From NCBI GenBank assembly GCA_040902005.1, contig JBBDYA010000125.1, positions 18,330-62,029 on the forward strand: 43,700 nucleotides of DNA, in the 5' to 3' direction. The translations under genes were made by a program, and so were the position numbers. The stretch is from Gemmatimonadaceae bacterium (GTDB lineage: Bacteria; Gemmatimonadota; Gemmatimonadetes; Gemmatimonadales; Gemmatimonadaceae). Shown piece by piece: positions 17,076 to 28,441 of the stretch. Each line of letters begins with the position of its first letter. Position 1 is the stretch's first letter. The notes beneath the pieces are model-generated. The model was not told the DNA's origin. It ran no database searches and saw nothing but the letters and a program-made list of their open reading frames with translations.

Positions 17076-20000
17076 TTATCCGGTGCGGCGCTGCAAATTG
17101 GCCAGGCGGCGGCGCGCTTCGCCGACTCGAGGCTGCAGTTCAGTATCGGCGTTTTTCCACAGATCCACGAATCGGGTGTAGTAATGCGCCGCGCGTTGGT
17201 GATTGCCACTCATCTCGTGCAGCTGACCGAGCCGCTCGTACGCATCGGCAAGCGCCACCGGGTCGACATGCAGCGGAATGTTTGCCAGCAGTACGGCGCT
17301 CATCTCGTGCCGTTGCCAATTCGGTAGCGCGACATAGAGCTCCAGCATCGCGATCGCCGAATCCACCCGGCCGGCAGCTTCGAAAGTCACTCCAAGCTCG
17401 CGCGGCAGAGAGAAGCTGAACACATTTATCGGTCCATCCGGTCGTACGTCGGCCGCTCTGAATGCAGCGAGAGCTTCAGCGTACCTGCCCTCGGCTAGGG
17501 CTATGTATGCTTTCACATTCTCGATGTGCGGCTCGTCTACTCTCCGCAAAACTGTATCACGCTGTTCTGTTAGATAGCGTTGCAGAGTCGCGTGAGCCCG
17601 TCCGGGCTGGCCGCCGAGGGCATAAAGGCGCGCCACCATCAATGTCAAGGGCCTGGCCGGCTGCATTTTGGACAGGATGCCGTTGACGGTTGCGTCCAGG
17701 CGTCGAAGGCCGTCATCGGTGCGTCGCCGAACCAGAATATCGATAATTGCCGCCGTAAGTGAGTCCTGGAGCGCGTTCGGATTAGTGGCACCCCCCGCGC
17801 GCATGAGTCGCTGAGCCGTGCGCCCGAGGCGCTCATACTCGCCGAGCTGCCCGCGCGTTAGCGCTAGCGCCGCAAGCATGCGCAACGCAACTGCGCGACT
17901 TGGAACACCGCGAACGCTGCCGCCTACCATTGCCAGTGTGTCCAGCGCGCGCTCGTAGGCATCCCAATCGCCCTTGGCGTACATCGTACGCGCCCGGCCA
18001 AGTTGCCAGTTGGCCGCTCCGTCAGGGAAACTCACCGCCGCCAGGGACAGTACGCTCTCCGCCTCGGCCAGTTTTCCCTGGTTCACCAGCAGTTCAGGAA
18101 GATTGCCGTACGTAATAGCGGTGGGATTACGCGCGATGAGGAGTTTTTGCAGAGATTCAGCGCGCGCGAATTCTCGGCGGTTGAGATAGCTCTGGATCAG
18201 ATTATTGGTGGGAGCCACGGGATAGCGGCGGTCGTGCTCTTCAAGCAATCGGACGTTAGTTGCCCGGTCGCCCTTGATGATGACGTGATAGCGCGCATCG
18301 ATGTGATAGCGTTCCCGCTCGGTAGCGCGATCGCGAAAGCGGTACGCCATCTCTGCCGCCCGGTTCATCTCCGGGAACCGGCCAAGGTTGCCGTTCGCCG
18401 CGGAGAGCGCGCGCCAGGCCATTGCGAAGCCACTGTCCAGGGCAATCGCCTGTTCAAGTTGTTCAGCAGCGGTACTGAAGTTCAGAGAGTTCAGAGCGCG
18501 AACGCCGGCCGTGTGGTGTCGTAGCGCTTCCAGGGACTCCGTGGTGACCCGGGCCAGCGGTGGGTCGGCACGCACCCATTTGAGTGATTCTCCGATCTTG
18601 GACCGAAGCTGGCGCGTCACATCGTCGATTGCGCCTAACAGGCGGTCGGGCGTCGCGGCTGTAGCGTGAAAGATCTGGACCGTATTGCCGGAGTCGGGCG
18701 CCACGAGGCGCAGTCCAACGAGATATCCCGTTCCCAAAGGTGTGACTTCGCCGTGAACTACGGCTCTGATCCCCTCGCGTTGCGCTATTTGGCGTGCGAG
18801 GTCCAGATCCAATTCGCCGCGCTGGGGACGACGCATCCTCTCCAACGAGCCGATAAGTTCGGCGGGCGTCATGATGGATATCGTCCGGGACTGTTGCAGC
18901 GCCGTGCGCGCAGCCTCGGCGAACGCTGGTCCAAGGTTTGAGTCCAGTCCGTTCACCGTGAAATCGCTGACGATCAGTCGATCGTTCGGCGCGAACCGAC
19001 CGGAAGCAACGAGCGTCCCTGCCGCTCCAATGCCGTACGCGCGCAGCGTCATGTAAGCCGCCACGCTCAGGGCGAACAGCCCGATGGAAAGAACGCCGGC
19101 CAGTGCTGTGCGCCGCCACGACAGAAGGGACATGACGCGCTGTGCGAGAGCATGACCAGCCCGTGCGGCGCGATACACGTACACGTTTAAGAGAATCGCC
19201 GGCAGTCCCAGCGCCATCACAAGGATTGCGCCCGGCATCACCCAATCCGGCAATCCAAGTCCGATCATTGCCGCCCAGGCCAGAATAGCAACCACCGCGA
19301 ACGACACGCCGTAGAAACCAAGCACGCGGCGTAGTGCTGGCAGGTTGTATTCGCTGGAATAGGTCGCTTGTAACCCTTCGAGACGCGCGAGTATGGCTTC
19401 GGCCGACTGCGGCCGCTTCACCGGTTCCTTTTCAAGACACTGCATCACGAGCTGCGCAATCGCCTCGGGCGTCTCCGGCGCATGCTTCAGTACTGGCTCG
19501 GCGGTGTCCTGCATATGCGCCGCGATGAGCGCGTGAGGACTCGTCCCGGCGAACGGCGGCCGGCCGGTGAGCAGCTCGTACGCCAGACAGCCGAACGCAT
19601 AGAGATCGGCGCGATGGTCCGTGCCTGGATCGCCGGCCCACTGTTCCGGCGCCATATATAAGGGCGTCCCAAGCGACGTTCCAGTCTGGGTGAGTGATAT
19701 CTCTGCGGCTCGAGCTGCGCTTACCGCCTTAGCAATTCCAAAGTCAGTGACGGTCGCGGCGTGGCCGGTCAAGAGGATGTTCTCCGGCTTGATGTCGCGG
19801 TGCACGATGCCCTTGCCGTGCGCGTACGCCAGGGCTTTGGCCACGTCGCGCAGAATCGGGATCGCGCGAGACGCGGGCAGCGGACCTTCGCGGGTGAGCA
19901 GGGCGCGGAGTGTCTCTCCCTCCACGAGGGGCATCGTGTAGTACAGCAGCCCATCGGCGTCACCAGCGGACAGGACGGGCACGATGTGGGGATGGTGCAG

Positions 20001-20204
20001 CCCGGCGGCAAATTGAATCTCGCGGCGAAAGCGCTCGGCGCTCACGGCACCACTGAGTTCGTGCGGAAGCAGTTTCAGAACGACCTTGCGGCCAAGGGCG
20101 GCTTCATGGGCGATAAAGACGCGCGACATCCCACCGCCGCCGAGCTCACGCTCGACCGTGTAGCTGCCCGAGAGAGACGATTGGAGTTGCTCGAACAGAT
20201 TCAT
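17076..20204 (-). CDS. Membrane Ser/Thr kinase with C-terminal TPR-like region
   Basis: ERELGGGGMSRVF, HRDIKPEN, DFG, GTPLYMAPE; about three hydrophobic helices; helical repeats such as AIALDSGFAMAW. Confidence 0.92.
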   Translation of the reverse strand: MNLFEQLQSSLSGSYTVERELGGGGMSRVFIAHEAALGRKVVLKLLPHELSGAVSAERFRREIQFAAGLHHPHIVPVLSAGDADGLLYYTMPLVEGETLRALLTREGPLPASRAIPILRDVAKALAYAHGKGIVHRDIKPENILLTGHAATVTDFGIAKAVSAARAAEISLTQTGTSLGTPLYMAPEQWAGDPGTDHRADLYAFGCLAYELLTGRPPFAGTSPHALIAAHMQDTAEPVLKHAPETPEAIAQLVMQCLEKEPVKRPQSAEAILARLEGLQATYSSEYNLPALRRVLGFYGVSFAVVAILAWAAMIGLGLPDWVMPGAILVMALGLPAILLNVYVYRAARAGHALAQRVMSLLSWRRTALAGVLSIGLFALSVAAYMTLRAYGIGAAGTLVASGRFAPNDRLIVSDFTVNGLDSNLGPAFAEAARTALQQSRTISIMTPAELIGSLERMRRPQRGELDLDLARQIAQREGIRAVVHGEVTPLGTGYLVGLRLVAPDSGNTVQIFHATAATPDRLLGAIDDVTRQLRSKIGESLKWVRADPPLARVTTESLEALRHHTAGVRALNSLNFSTAAEQLEQAIALDSGFAMAWRALSAANGNLGRFPEMNRAAEMAYRFRDRATERERYHIDARYHVIIKGDRATNVRLLEEHDRRYPVAPTNNLIQSYLNRREFARAESLQKLLIARNPTAITYGNLPELLVNQGKLAEAESVLSLAAVSFPDGAANWQLGRARTMYAKGDWDAYERALDTLAMVGGSVRGVPSRAVALRMLAALALTRGQLGEYERLGRTAQRLMRAGGATNPNALQDSLTAAIIDILVRRRTDDGLRRLDATVNGILSKMQPARPLTLMVARLYALGGQPGRAHATLQRYLTEQRDTVLRRVDEPHIENVKAYIALAEGRYAEALAAFRAADVRPDGPINVFSFSLPRELGVTFEAAGRVDSAIAMLELYVALPNWQRHEMSAVLLANIPLHVDPVALADAYERLGQLHEMSGNHQRAAHYYTRFVDLWKNADTELQPRVGEARRRLANLQRRTG

Positions 20205-20306
20205 TGCGCGCCGATCCGCTTGAGAGCCGTCGCTACAATATGGCGTGGACCGCCGCGCGACTAGGGCGCGACTCCGAACCTCAGCAGCGGAATTCCTCCC
20301 GCCCGT

Positions 20307-20444
20307 TCACAGGTCCGAGCGACAGCGGCGGCGACGCTCGTCCCGACCCAGGAAGGCAGCGGCCAACTCGCCTCGGTCAAGATCCTGCTCAAGTGTGTAC
20401 CTGCCGGCGATGGTTGTCTGGAGTCGGCTCTGCTGGGCGTCCAT
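20307..20444 (-). pseudogene. Decayed Ser/Thr kinase 5' fragment (45 aa)
   Basis: Own translation MDAQQSRLQTTIAGRYTLEQDLDRGELAAAFLGRDER aligns with the neighbouring MDWLQVRLQAALTGRYTVEQELGRGGMAVVFLGRDER; glycine loop degenerate. Confidence 0.75.
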
Positions 20445-20497
20445 ACTGCGCGAATGTACGACTCAGCCGCTCCGGCGGCCGTGCCAAACGTGGCCCC

Positions 20498-21076
20498 TTA
20501 CACCTGCTGGCTCCCCGCGCCCTGCTCAGGACTCATATAGTTCGGCGTCCCGATCGCGACACCGGGCTCGGTCACGCCCTTGCCGCCCTCCGCCAGCGCA
20601 CGCGCGATCCCGAAGTCCGCGACCATAGCCACGCCATCCGCCAGCAGGATGTTGTCCGGCTTGATGTCCCGGTGCACTATCCCAGCCCGGTGCGCATGGT
20701 CCAGCGCCTCGGCCACCTCGCGCGCGATCCGAACCGCATCGCCCACCGGCAGCGGGCCTTCCCGCTCCAGGCGCTCACGCACCGACGCTCCGGTGATATA
20801 GGGCATCACGTAGTACGCGAGACCTTCCCCCTCACCCGCCTCGAACACCGGCACGATGTTCGGGTGCTGGAGCCGCGCCGCCACCTGGACCTCCCGCACG
20901 AATCGATCGGCCGCAGTGGCGCTCGCGTCCCGTTCGAAGACCTTGATGGCCACACGGCGACCCAGCCGCTCGTCTCGCCCGAGGAAGACAACGGCCATTC
21001 CCCCGCGCCCGAGCTCCTGCTCGACCGTGTACCGGCCGGTCAGCGCCGCCTGGAGGCGCACCTGGAGCCAATCCAT
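20498..21076 (-). pseudogene. Truncated Ser/Thr kinase (subdomains I-VIII only)
   Basis: Intact through GTPNYMSPEQ, then GAGSQQV-stop; no D..SLG subdomain IX in the in-frame sequence that follows. Confidence 0.8.
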
Positions 21077-21222
21077 CAGGCGAATGTACGAAACGGACAG
21101 CCGAACGCCACAGTCGGAATCCTTCCGGACCCCTTCTCGACGCGGCGGCCTGACGTCGTCAGTTACGCCCGATCAGCGTGAAGCACGGCACCGTGCAGTC
21201 GCTCACGTGACGAGCCCCGCGC

Positions 21223-21762
21223 TCAGATACCCGCGAACACCTCTGCGAGATCGATTGTCACGATGATGTCCAGCCCGGGCACGCGCCAGGCCAGGTTCTC
21301 GCGCTCGATCCGGCCCGGTCCTCGCGCGGTGCAGACCTCGACGCTCCTGGATCGGCGATCGACCAGCCAGACCTCGCGCACCCCGAGGGCAAAGTAGGCG
21401 TCCCGCTTGAACTCCCGATCGTAGATGCGCGACGACCGGCTCAGGACTTCAACGGCAAGCCAGTGCTCGCTCACCTTTGGCCATTCAACGGTTGGAGCGA
21501 AGCGCGCCGGGTAAACAAGGATGTCCGGTTCGAGCTGCGTTCCAGGCGCGCGCACGACAGCGCCGGGCGACACGACGTGGGCATGGCCGGGTGCCTGCAC
21601 CGCGAGCGCGAGTGGGAACACCAGCCTGCTGACGACGATCTGGTGCGACGAGTTGGGGGCCGGCGTCACGAGCAGCACCCCGTCCAGCAGCTCGTACCGG
21701 TTCCCGTCGTCGGGGAACCGCTCGAGGTCCTCCACCGTGTAGCGAGGGATACTGATTGCCAT
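21223..21762 (-). CDS. Uma2 family (PD-(D/E)XK) putative endonuclease
   Basis: YELLDG.L..TPAP...HQ, EPD, VEVLS, K...Y...GV.EVWLVD; start 21762 or 21768. Confidence 0.9.
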   Translation of the reverse strand: MAISIPRYTVEDLERFPDDGNRYELLDGVLLVTPAPNSSHQIVVSRLVFPLALAVQAPGHAHVVSPGAVVRAPGTQLEPDILVYPARFAPTVEWPKVSEHWLAVEVLSRSSRIYDREFKRDAYFALGVREVWLVDRRSRSVEVCTARGPGRIERENLAWRVPGLDIIVTIDLAEVFAGI

Positions 21763-21896
21763 GCCCATACGGTAACTCCGGCGCGGGGGAGTCGGCCACT
21801 CGGCATGCCACACGGTACGTCGCGCCCTGCTCGCCTCCGTCACCGAACTTGCGCAGAGAGGGCCAACTCCTTGCCCGCGATCAGCCGCGAAAAAGG

Positions 21897-24344
21897 TCAT
21901 TCAGCGCGCAGCGCGATCGCGGGATCGACGCGTGTGGTGCGCCGTGCCGGAACGATGCTCGCGACGATCGCCGCAGCCGCCAGCACACCAGACGCAACGA
22001 TGAACACGAGCGGATCGCGGGGCGACGTTTCGTACAGCATGGGCGCTATCCAGCGGCCGCCCCAGAACGCGATGAGAAGTCCCGCCGCAAGTCCCGCCGC
22101 GATGGTCGCTCCGGATTCCCCGACGATGAGCCGCACCACGTTCCCCGCCTGCGCGCCGAGCGCCATGCGGACGCCGATTTCGCGCGTCCGCTGCGAAACG
22201 GTGTACGCCATGACGCTGTACAAGCCGATCGCGGCGATGAGGAGCGCCACTCCGCCGAACACGATGAACATCGTCGAGCCAAGCCGCCACGGCCGCAGCT
22301 GCTCGGCGACGCGTTCGGAGAACGCTTCGACACGGACGAACGGCATGTTCGGGACAATCGATTGTATCTCCCGGCGAATCGTACCGATAAGCGCGGTGGG
22401 GTCTCCGTGTGCGCGCGCCACGACGCCGGCGGGAGGCCGATTGCCGAACGCAGGATGGCTCGGCGGGATGTACAGCAGCGCGCGGTCGTCCTGCACCATG
22501 CGGAACAGCATGGCGTTTCCCACCACGCCGACTACGGCGGTGCAGACGGAGTCACTGCCAAGGCGGGCACACTGGCCGATCGGATCCTGGCCGGGCCAGT
22601 AGCCATCGGCGAGCAGCTTGTTCACGATCATGACGCGCGACGGCACACGCTCCTCCGACTCCGTGAACGGACGGCCGCGAATGATCGTCGTTCCGATCGT
22701 GGCGAAATAGTCGGATGGAACTACCGAGTAATACGCGCTCGGCCACTGCCTGGAGCGCTCGCTGACTCCCTGCGGCATGATTGACATCCCACTTCCGCGC
22801 ATCGTCGGGATCGTCTGCCTGACGATCGCCGCGCTCACGATCCCGGGCGTTCCCCGCAGGCGTTCTTGCGTGGTACGGTAGACGTCCTCGACCTGTGGCC
22901 GGCTGAAACCGGCGCGTTGCAGGTCCGCGGTCACGAGAAGCGCGTGATCGAGATCCACGCCGACATCGCGTGACACGACCTTCTGGAGACTCTGGATGAA
23001 CAACCCCGCGCCCACAAGCAGCACGACCGAGAGCGCGGCCTGGAGGGCAAGCAGCGCGTGGCGGACATGGCCGCGGCTCCCAGCCGTCTGCGCCGACGAC
23101 GCCTTCAGTCCCTGGACGACGGGCGTCGCCAGCCCCTGAAGCGCGGGAGCCATTCCGGCGAGCAGAATGCATGCGGTCGCTGCCAGCAGCGTCACCCCGA
23201 ACACGCGCGCGTCCAGCACCGTGTCGTTCCAGACGATGCCCGGCATCAGAACGCTCTGGACGAACCGGGCCGCCGCGAGCGACAGCCCGATCGCAAACGC
23301 TGCTCCGGTGAGCGCAAGGAGTGAGGCCTCGACGAACAGCATTCGCGCGAGCCGGCCGCGCCCGATGCCGAGCGCCATGCGGACGGCGATTTCTGTACGG
23401 CGTTCGAGCGTGCGCGCGAGGAGCAGGTTGGCGACATTCGCGCACGCGATCAGGAGCACGATTGCGGACACGCCGAGCAGCCAGATCGACACCTTTCCTT
23501 CTCCGCTGACGCCCGACGGATGCCTGGCTCCGATGATCGATGCCAGAACGACGCGCGGAGGCGATTCATCAACGGGCCTGTCCCACGTCGCGATTTCATT
23601 ACGAACGGCCACCGTAGCCTGCTCGGCGGCGACCCCGGCGGACGCGCCCGCCCGGATGCGGGCAATCGCCCGGATGCCATACCAGTTCGGCGTGTCGTGC
23701 CAACGCGCGCCGTATTGCTGCGCCGCCATCGAGCTCACTGGAACCCACGCGTCCACTCGTTCGCGGTCGACCCCGCTGAAGCCGCGCGGCGTTACGCCGA
23801 TGACCTGAAATGTCTCTCCATTGATCATCAGCACGCGTCCGAGGACGTCCAGCGCTTGCCCCATCTCACGCCGCCAGAACCCATCGCTGACTACGGCGAC
23901 GCGCTCGCCTTGAGGAGCGCGGTCATCGCCGGGCACGAACGTGCGTCCAAGTGTCGGCGGCACGCCAAGCAACTGGAAGAAATTCCCGGTCACCATCTGT
24001 ACCTGGATCGCGCGCGCGTCGGCCCCGGATCCCAACGTGAACTCATCGACGCCGAGCAGCCCGGCAACCTCCGCCGCCGGCACGTTGCGCCGCAGCGCCG
24101 TGACCATCGGATACGCGCCGGCGGGCGTCGGCTCGCGGACCCCCCCCCAGTCGTAGTACACACGACGAAGACCGTCCGCATCGGCGACGTGGGGCGGGGG
24201 CTGCAACAACAGCTGGTCTACCACCCCGAACATGACGGCGTTCGCCGCGATGCCGACCCCGAGGGTCAAGGTGGTGACGAAGAGAAATCCGGGTCGGCGG
24301 GCGAGTGCCCGCGCGGCGATACGGACATCGTCGAGAAATGACAT
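21897..24344 (-). CDS. ABC transporter permease, duplicated MacB_PCD/FtsX (ADOP-type)
   Basis: MSFLDDVRIAARAL, LIACANVANLLLAR, EIAVRMALG and EIGVRMALGA, terminal DPAIALRAE. Confidence 0.92.
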   Translation of the reverse strand: MSFLDDVRIAARALARRPGFLFVTTLTLGVGIAANAVMFGVVDQLLLQPPPHVADADGLRRVYYDWGGVREPTPAGAYPMVTALRRNVPAAEVAGLLGVDEFTLGSGADARAIQVQMVTGNFFQLLGVPPTLGRTFVPGDDRAPQGERVAVVSDGFWRREMGQALDVLGRVLMINGETFQVIGVTPRGFSGVDRERVDAWVPVSSMAAQQYGARWHDTPNWYGIRAIARIRAGASAGVAAEQATVAVRNEIATWDRPVDESPPRVVLASIIGARHPSGVSGEGKVSIWLLGVSAIVLLIACANVANLLLARTLERRTEIAVRMALGIGRGRLARMLFVEASLLALTGAAFAIGLSLAAARFVQSVLMPGIVWNDTVLDARVFGVTLLAATACILLAGMAPALQGLATPVVQGLKASSAQTAGSRGHVRHALLALQAALSVVLLVGAGLFIQSLQKVVSRDVGVDLDHALLVTADLQRAGFSRPQVEDVYRTTQERLRGTPGIVSAAIVRQTIPTMRGSGMSIMPQGVSERSRQWPSAYYSVVPSDYFATIGTTIIRGRPFTESEERVPSRVMIVNKLLADGYWPGQDPIGQCARLGSDSVCTAVVGVVGNAMLFRMVQDDRALLYIPPSHPAFGNRPPAGVVARAHGDPTALIGTIRREIQSIVPNMPFVRVEAFSERVAEQLRPWRLGSTMFIVFGGVALLIAAIGLYSVMAYTVSQRTREIGVRMALGAQAGNVVRLIVGESGATIAAGLAAGLLIAFWGGRWIAPMLYETSPRDPLVFIVASGVLAAAAIVASIVPARRTTRVDPAIALRAE

Positions 24345-24440
24345 CGTCACAGCTCCGGCTCGTGGTGATGCCGCCGCGCACAACCCGCGTCAGCGCAATC
24401 TACGATATGCGCGTGGACGGCAAGGGCCGTCAAGCGCGCG

Positions 24441-25440
24441 TCACGCGTCGAGTTCGGCGCTGAGCTTTGGCTCGGTCGGAGCGCGCTGACCCATCAGACG
24501 CGCCACGATCCTGTCGCCGTGATACCGCCCGTTCTCGATGAACACCTTGTTGGCGTCGAATCCCGCAACCACGACGCCCGCGATGAAGATGCCCGGGACG
24601 CTCGTCTCGAGCGTGTCCGCGTCGTGCGCGGGAATGCCCGTCACATCGTCGATCGCCACTCCAGCCTGACGAAGCAACGTCGTGTCTGGAGCGAAGCCCG
24701 TCATCACGTACACGCGCGTCGCCTCGACACGCTCCGTGCGCTCGTCTGTCAGGATCGTCACTGCGTCTCCCTCGATCCTCGTCACGCGTGAGTTCCAGCG
24801 CGCCGCGATCTTCCCCTCCTTCACCCGGTTCTCGAAGTCCGGCAGCACCCACGGCTTGATGCGCTTGTCGAATGTCGGACCGAAATGCACCAGCGTGACC
24901 CTCGCGCCCGAGCGCCAGAGATCCAGGGCGGCCTCTGCCGCCGAGTTGCCCCCACCGATGACCACCGCGGGCTGGAGGAACGCCTCGTGGCCTTCCCGGT
25001 ATCGGTGCGCGACGTGCGGACGATCCTCTCCCGGCACGTGCAGCAGGTTGGGCGAGCCGAAGAATCCGGTGGCGACCACGATCGCCTTCGCGCGCGTTTC
25101 GTGCCGGCCGGCTGGCGATTCGGAGTGGACGACGAACGCTCCCTCCGCGCCGCCGATCGTCACGACGCGCTCGTACTGGCGGAGCGGAATCCCGAAGTGC
25201 GTCACGACCGCGCGGTAGTACGCCAGTGCGTCGCGTCGCGTGGGCTTCTCGCCGGGCACCACGAACGGCACGTCGCCAAGCGAGAGCTTCTCCGCCGTCG
25301 AGAAGAACTGCACGTAGGTGGGGTACTGCGCGATCGTGCTGCAGATCACGCGCTGCTCGAGCACCAGCGGCTTCAATCCCGCGCGCTGCGCGCTGATGGC
25401 GGCCCCGAGTCCGCACGGGCCGCCGCCGACGATCAGGACA

Positions 25441-25463
<23 letters not shown>
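24441..25463 (-). CDS. YpdA family FAD/NAD(P)H oxidoreductase (putative bacillithiol disulfide reductase)
   Basis: GGGPCG, FFST, ATG, GGGNSA, IKPW, VFIENGR; no thioredoxin-reductase CxxC. Confidence 0.85.
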
Positions 25464-26721
<1,258 letters not shown>

Positions 26722-26747
26722 AGACGTGCTCGGGTGTCCGGGGTTGC

Positions 26748-26783
26748 AAAAAAAAGGCGCCCCGGCGATTTGTCCGGGGCGTT
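26748..26783 (-). terminator. Intrinsic terminator-like hairpin 26 nt upstream of purA
   Basis: CGCCCCGG-ACAAATCG-CCGGGGCG, then CC and T8 on the minus strand. Confidence 0.75.
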
Positions 26784-26788
26784 GATCG

Positions 26789-26816
26789 AATCTACGCCGT
26801 CCGGTCGGAGAGTCAA
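26789..26816 (-). promoter_or_regulatory. Putative sigma70 promoter upstream of purA
   Basis: TTGACT-N16-TAGATT. Confidence 0.55.
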
Positions 26817-26827
26817 CTCAACCGCGG

Positions 26828-27316
26828 CTAGAACACCGCGGCCCAGAGCAGCCACACCGCGATCACGAGGCCCGCGGCCACTTTCATGGCCGCCGCCACC
26901 GCGCGCCCGATCAGCGCGCCCGTCGCCACGCGCGTTGCCGCCGCCGGACCGGTGCCGCGCGAAAACTCCGCGGCCATCGCGCCGAGGAACGATCCCACGA
27001 ACGCGCCCACGATGGGGCCCACCAGCGGAATGGGAACCCCGACGATCGCGCCGACGATGCCGCCGATGATCGCCCCCCAGCCCGCGCGTTTCGAGCCCCC
27101 GTACTTGCGCGCGTAGCTGGCGGACAGCGTGAACTCGAGCACCTCCGCCACCACCGCGATCAGCAAGGTGCCGACCAGGGCGACCATGCCGATGCTGTCC
27201 GGCAGCAGCAGCGAGTAGCCGACCCCCGCGGCGATCATCACCCATGTGCCGGGAAGCCCCAGCGGGATGATGAACACCGACAGCAACAGGATGATCGCGA
27301 GAATCAGAATGGCCAT
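26828..27316 (-). CDS. DUF456 family membrane protein
   Basis: LPG near the N-terminus, KYGGSK..WGA..G, GAFVG.FLG.M.AE; hydrophobic throughout. Confidence 0.8.
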   Translation of the reverse strand: MAILILAIILLLSVFIIPLGLPGTWVMIAAGVGYSLLLPDSIGMVALVGTLLIAVVAEVLEFTLSASYARKYGGSKRAGWGAIIGGIVGAIVGVPIPLVGPIVGAFVGSFLGAMAAEFSRGTGPAAATRVATGALIGRAVAAAMKVAAGLVIAVWLLWAAVF

Positions 27317-28441
27317 CTACCCAGTCTCCCGGTTCGTCAACGCGCGGACCGTGGCCGCGATCAGGAGAGCCGTATCAGCGATGCCCGTGCCACGCAAATG
27401 CGCGAGGTCGTCCCCTGCCCGATGCACGCGCAGCAGCGACCGCACCGAGCCGCGCATGAAAGTCACCGACGGCAGGCCCGCGTCGGCGAACGCCACCGAA
27501 TCGGTGAGCACACCAGGCACCATGCGCATGGCCACGTGCGGGACGCCCGTGGCGGACGACGCCCGGGATACCGCGCCGAGCAGTGCGCGAGGGCGTGCCC
27601 CGGTGAACATCACCGCAATCCGACCCTCGTCGTCCACGCCGTCACAATTCAGGACGGTGGCTCCCCCCCACTTGCCGCCGCGCACCCAGGCGCGCGCGCC
27701 CGCCATGCCCAGCTCCTCAGCGTCGGTGATGAGCACGCCAACGCGCGGGACCGCCACCAGCTCCTGTGCCACCGCGAGCATGGTCACCACCCCTGATGCA
27801 TTGTCGAGCGCGCCCGGCGACCGCGTTCCCACCATGCTGAGCATTACGGGAATGCCACCGAGGAGTGTCAGGAACCCCGCGCACACCCAGTACATCGCGG
27901 CCGGGTCGCCGCCGGCGGCCGCGATCGTCGCCACGACCAGCATCATCGCGAACCCGGCCCCCTCCAGCACGATGCCGCTGCTGCGCGCCAGCGTGGGAAC
28001 CGGCTGGGACTTGGAGTCCAGGTGCGCGCAGAGCCACAGCGCCGGCGTTTCGCCCGGGCGCGACGCCTCGAGATTCACCCCCTCCTCGCGCAGCAGCGGC
28101 GCGGTGAGCACGCCGTGCTTCGACAGCCAGGTGCCCACCAGCCACGCGCCAAGCCCACCCAGGGCGAGGATGAGCACGGGCGGCCAACGGAACCCCCCGC
28201 TGCCGTACATGCCGGCAAGGCCGACCAGGAACACGGCCGCGCCGCCAAACAGCGGCGTGGCGAATCGTCCGGGAAACGCTGAAAAAGCAAACGGCGCCTC
28301 GCGGACCTCGAACCCCAGCGAGCGCAACTCGCCGGCGCAGCGGTCGCGTGCAGCGGCGAGCGCGGCGCTGCCCGTTGGACGCGGCGCCGTGGCCAGCGCG
28401 CGCAGCAGGGTGTCAGGCGGCGACCGAAAGCTCCGCGTCAC
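27317..28441 (-). CDS. M28 family metallopeptidase with membrane inserts
   Basis: AHLDS, GALDNASG, DAEELG, NCDG, TDS and VH motifs; start uncertain (GTG 28441 chosen). Confidence 0.8.
   Translation of the reverse strand: MTRSFRSPPDTLLRALATAPRPTGSAALAAARDRCAGELRSLGFEVREAPFAFSAFPGRFATPLFGGAAVFLVGLAGMYGSGGFRWPPVLILALGGLGAWLVGTWLSKHGVLTAPLLREEGVNLEASRPGETPALWLCAHLDSKSQPVPTLARSSGIVLEGAGFAMMLVVATIAAAGGDPAAMYWVCAGFLTLLGGIPVMLSMVGTRSPGALDNASGVVTMLAVAQELVAVPRVGVLITDAEELGMAGARAWVRGGKWGGATVLNCDGVDDEGRIAVMFTGARPRALLGAVSRASSATGVPHVAMRMVPGVLTDSVAFADAGLPSVTFMRGSVRSLLRVHRAGDDLAHLRGTGIADTALLIAATVRALTNRETG

Noticed and set aside
21223..21762. Uma2 gene as a restriction-modification or defence system
   Set aside because: No methyltransferase or partner gene; stand-alone Uma2 paralogs are common.
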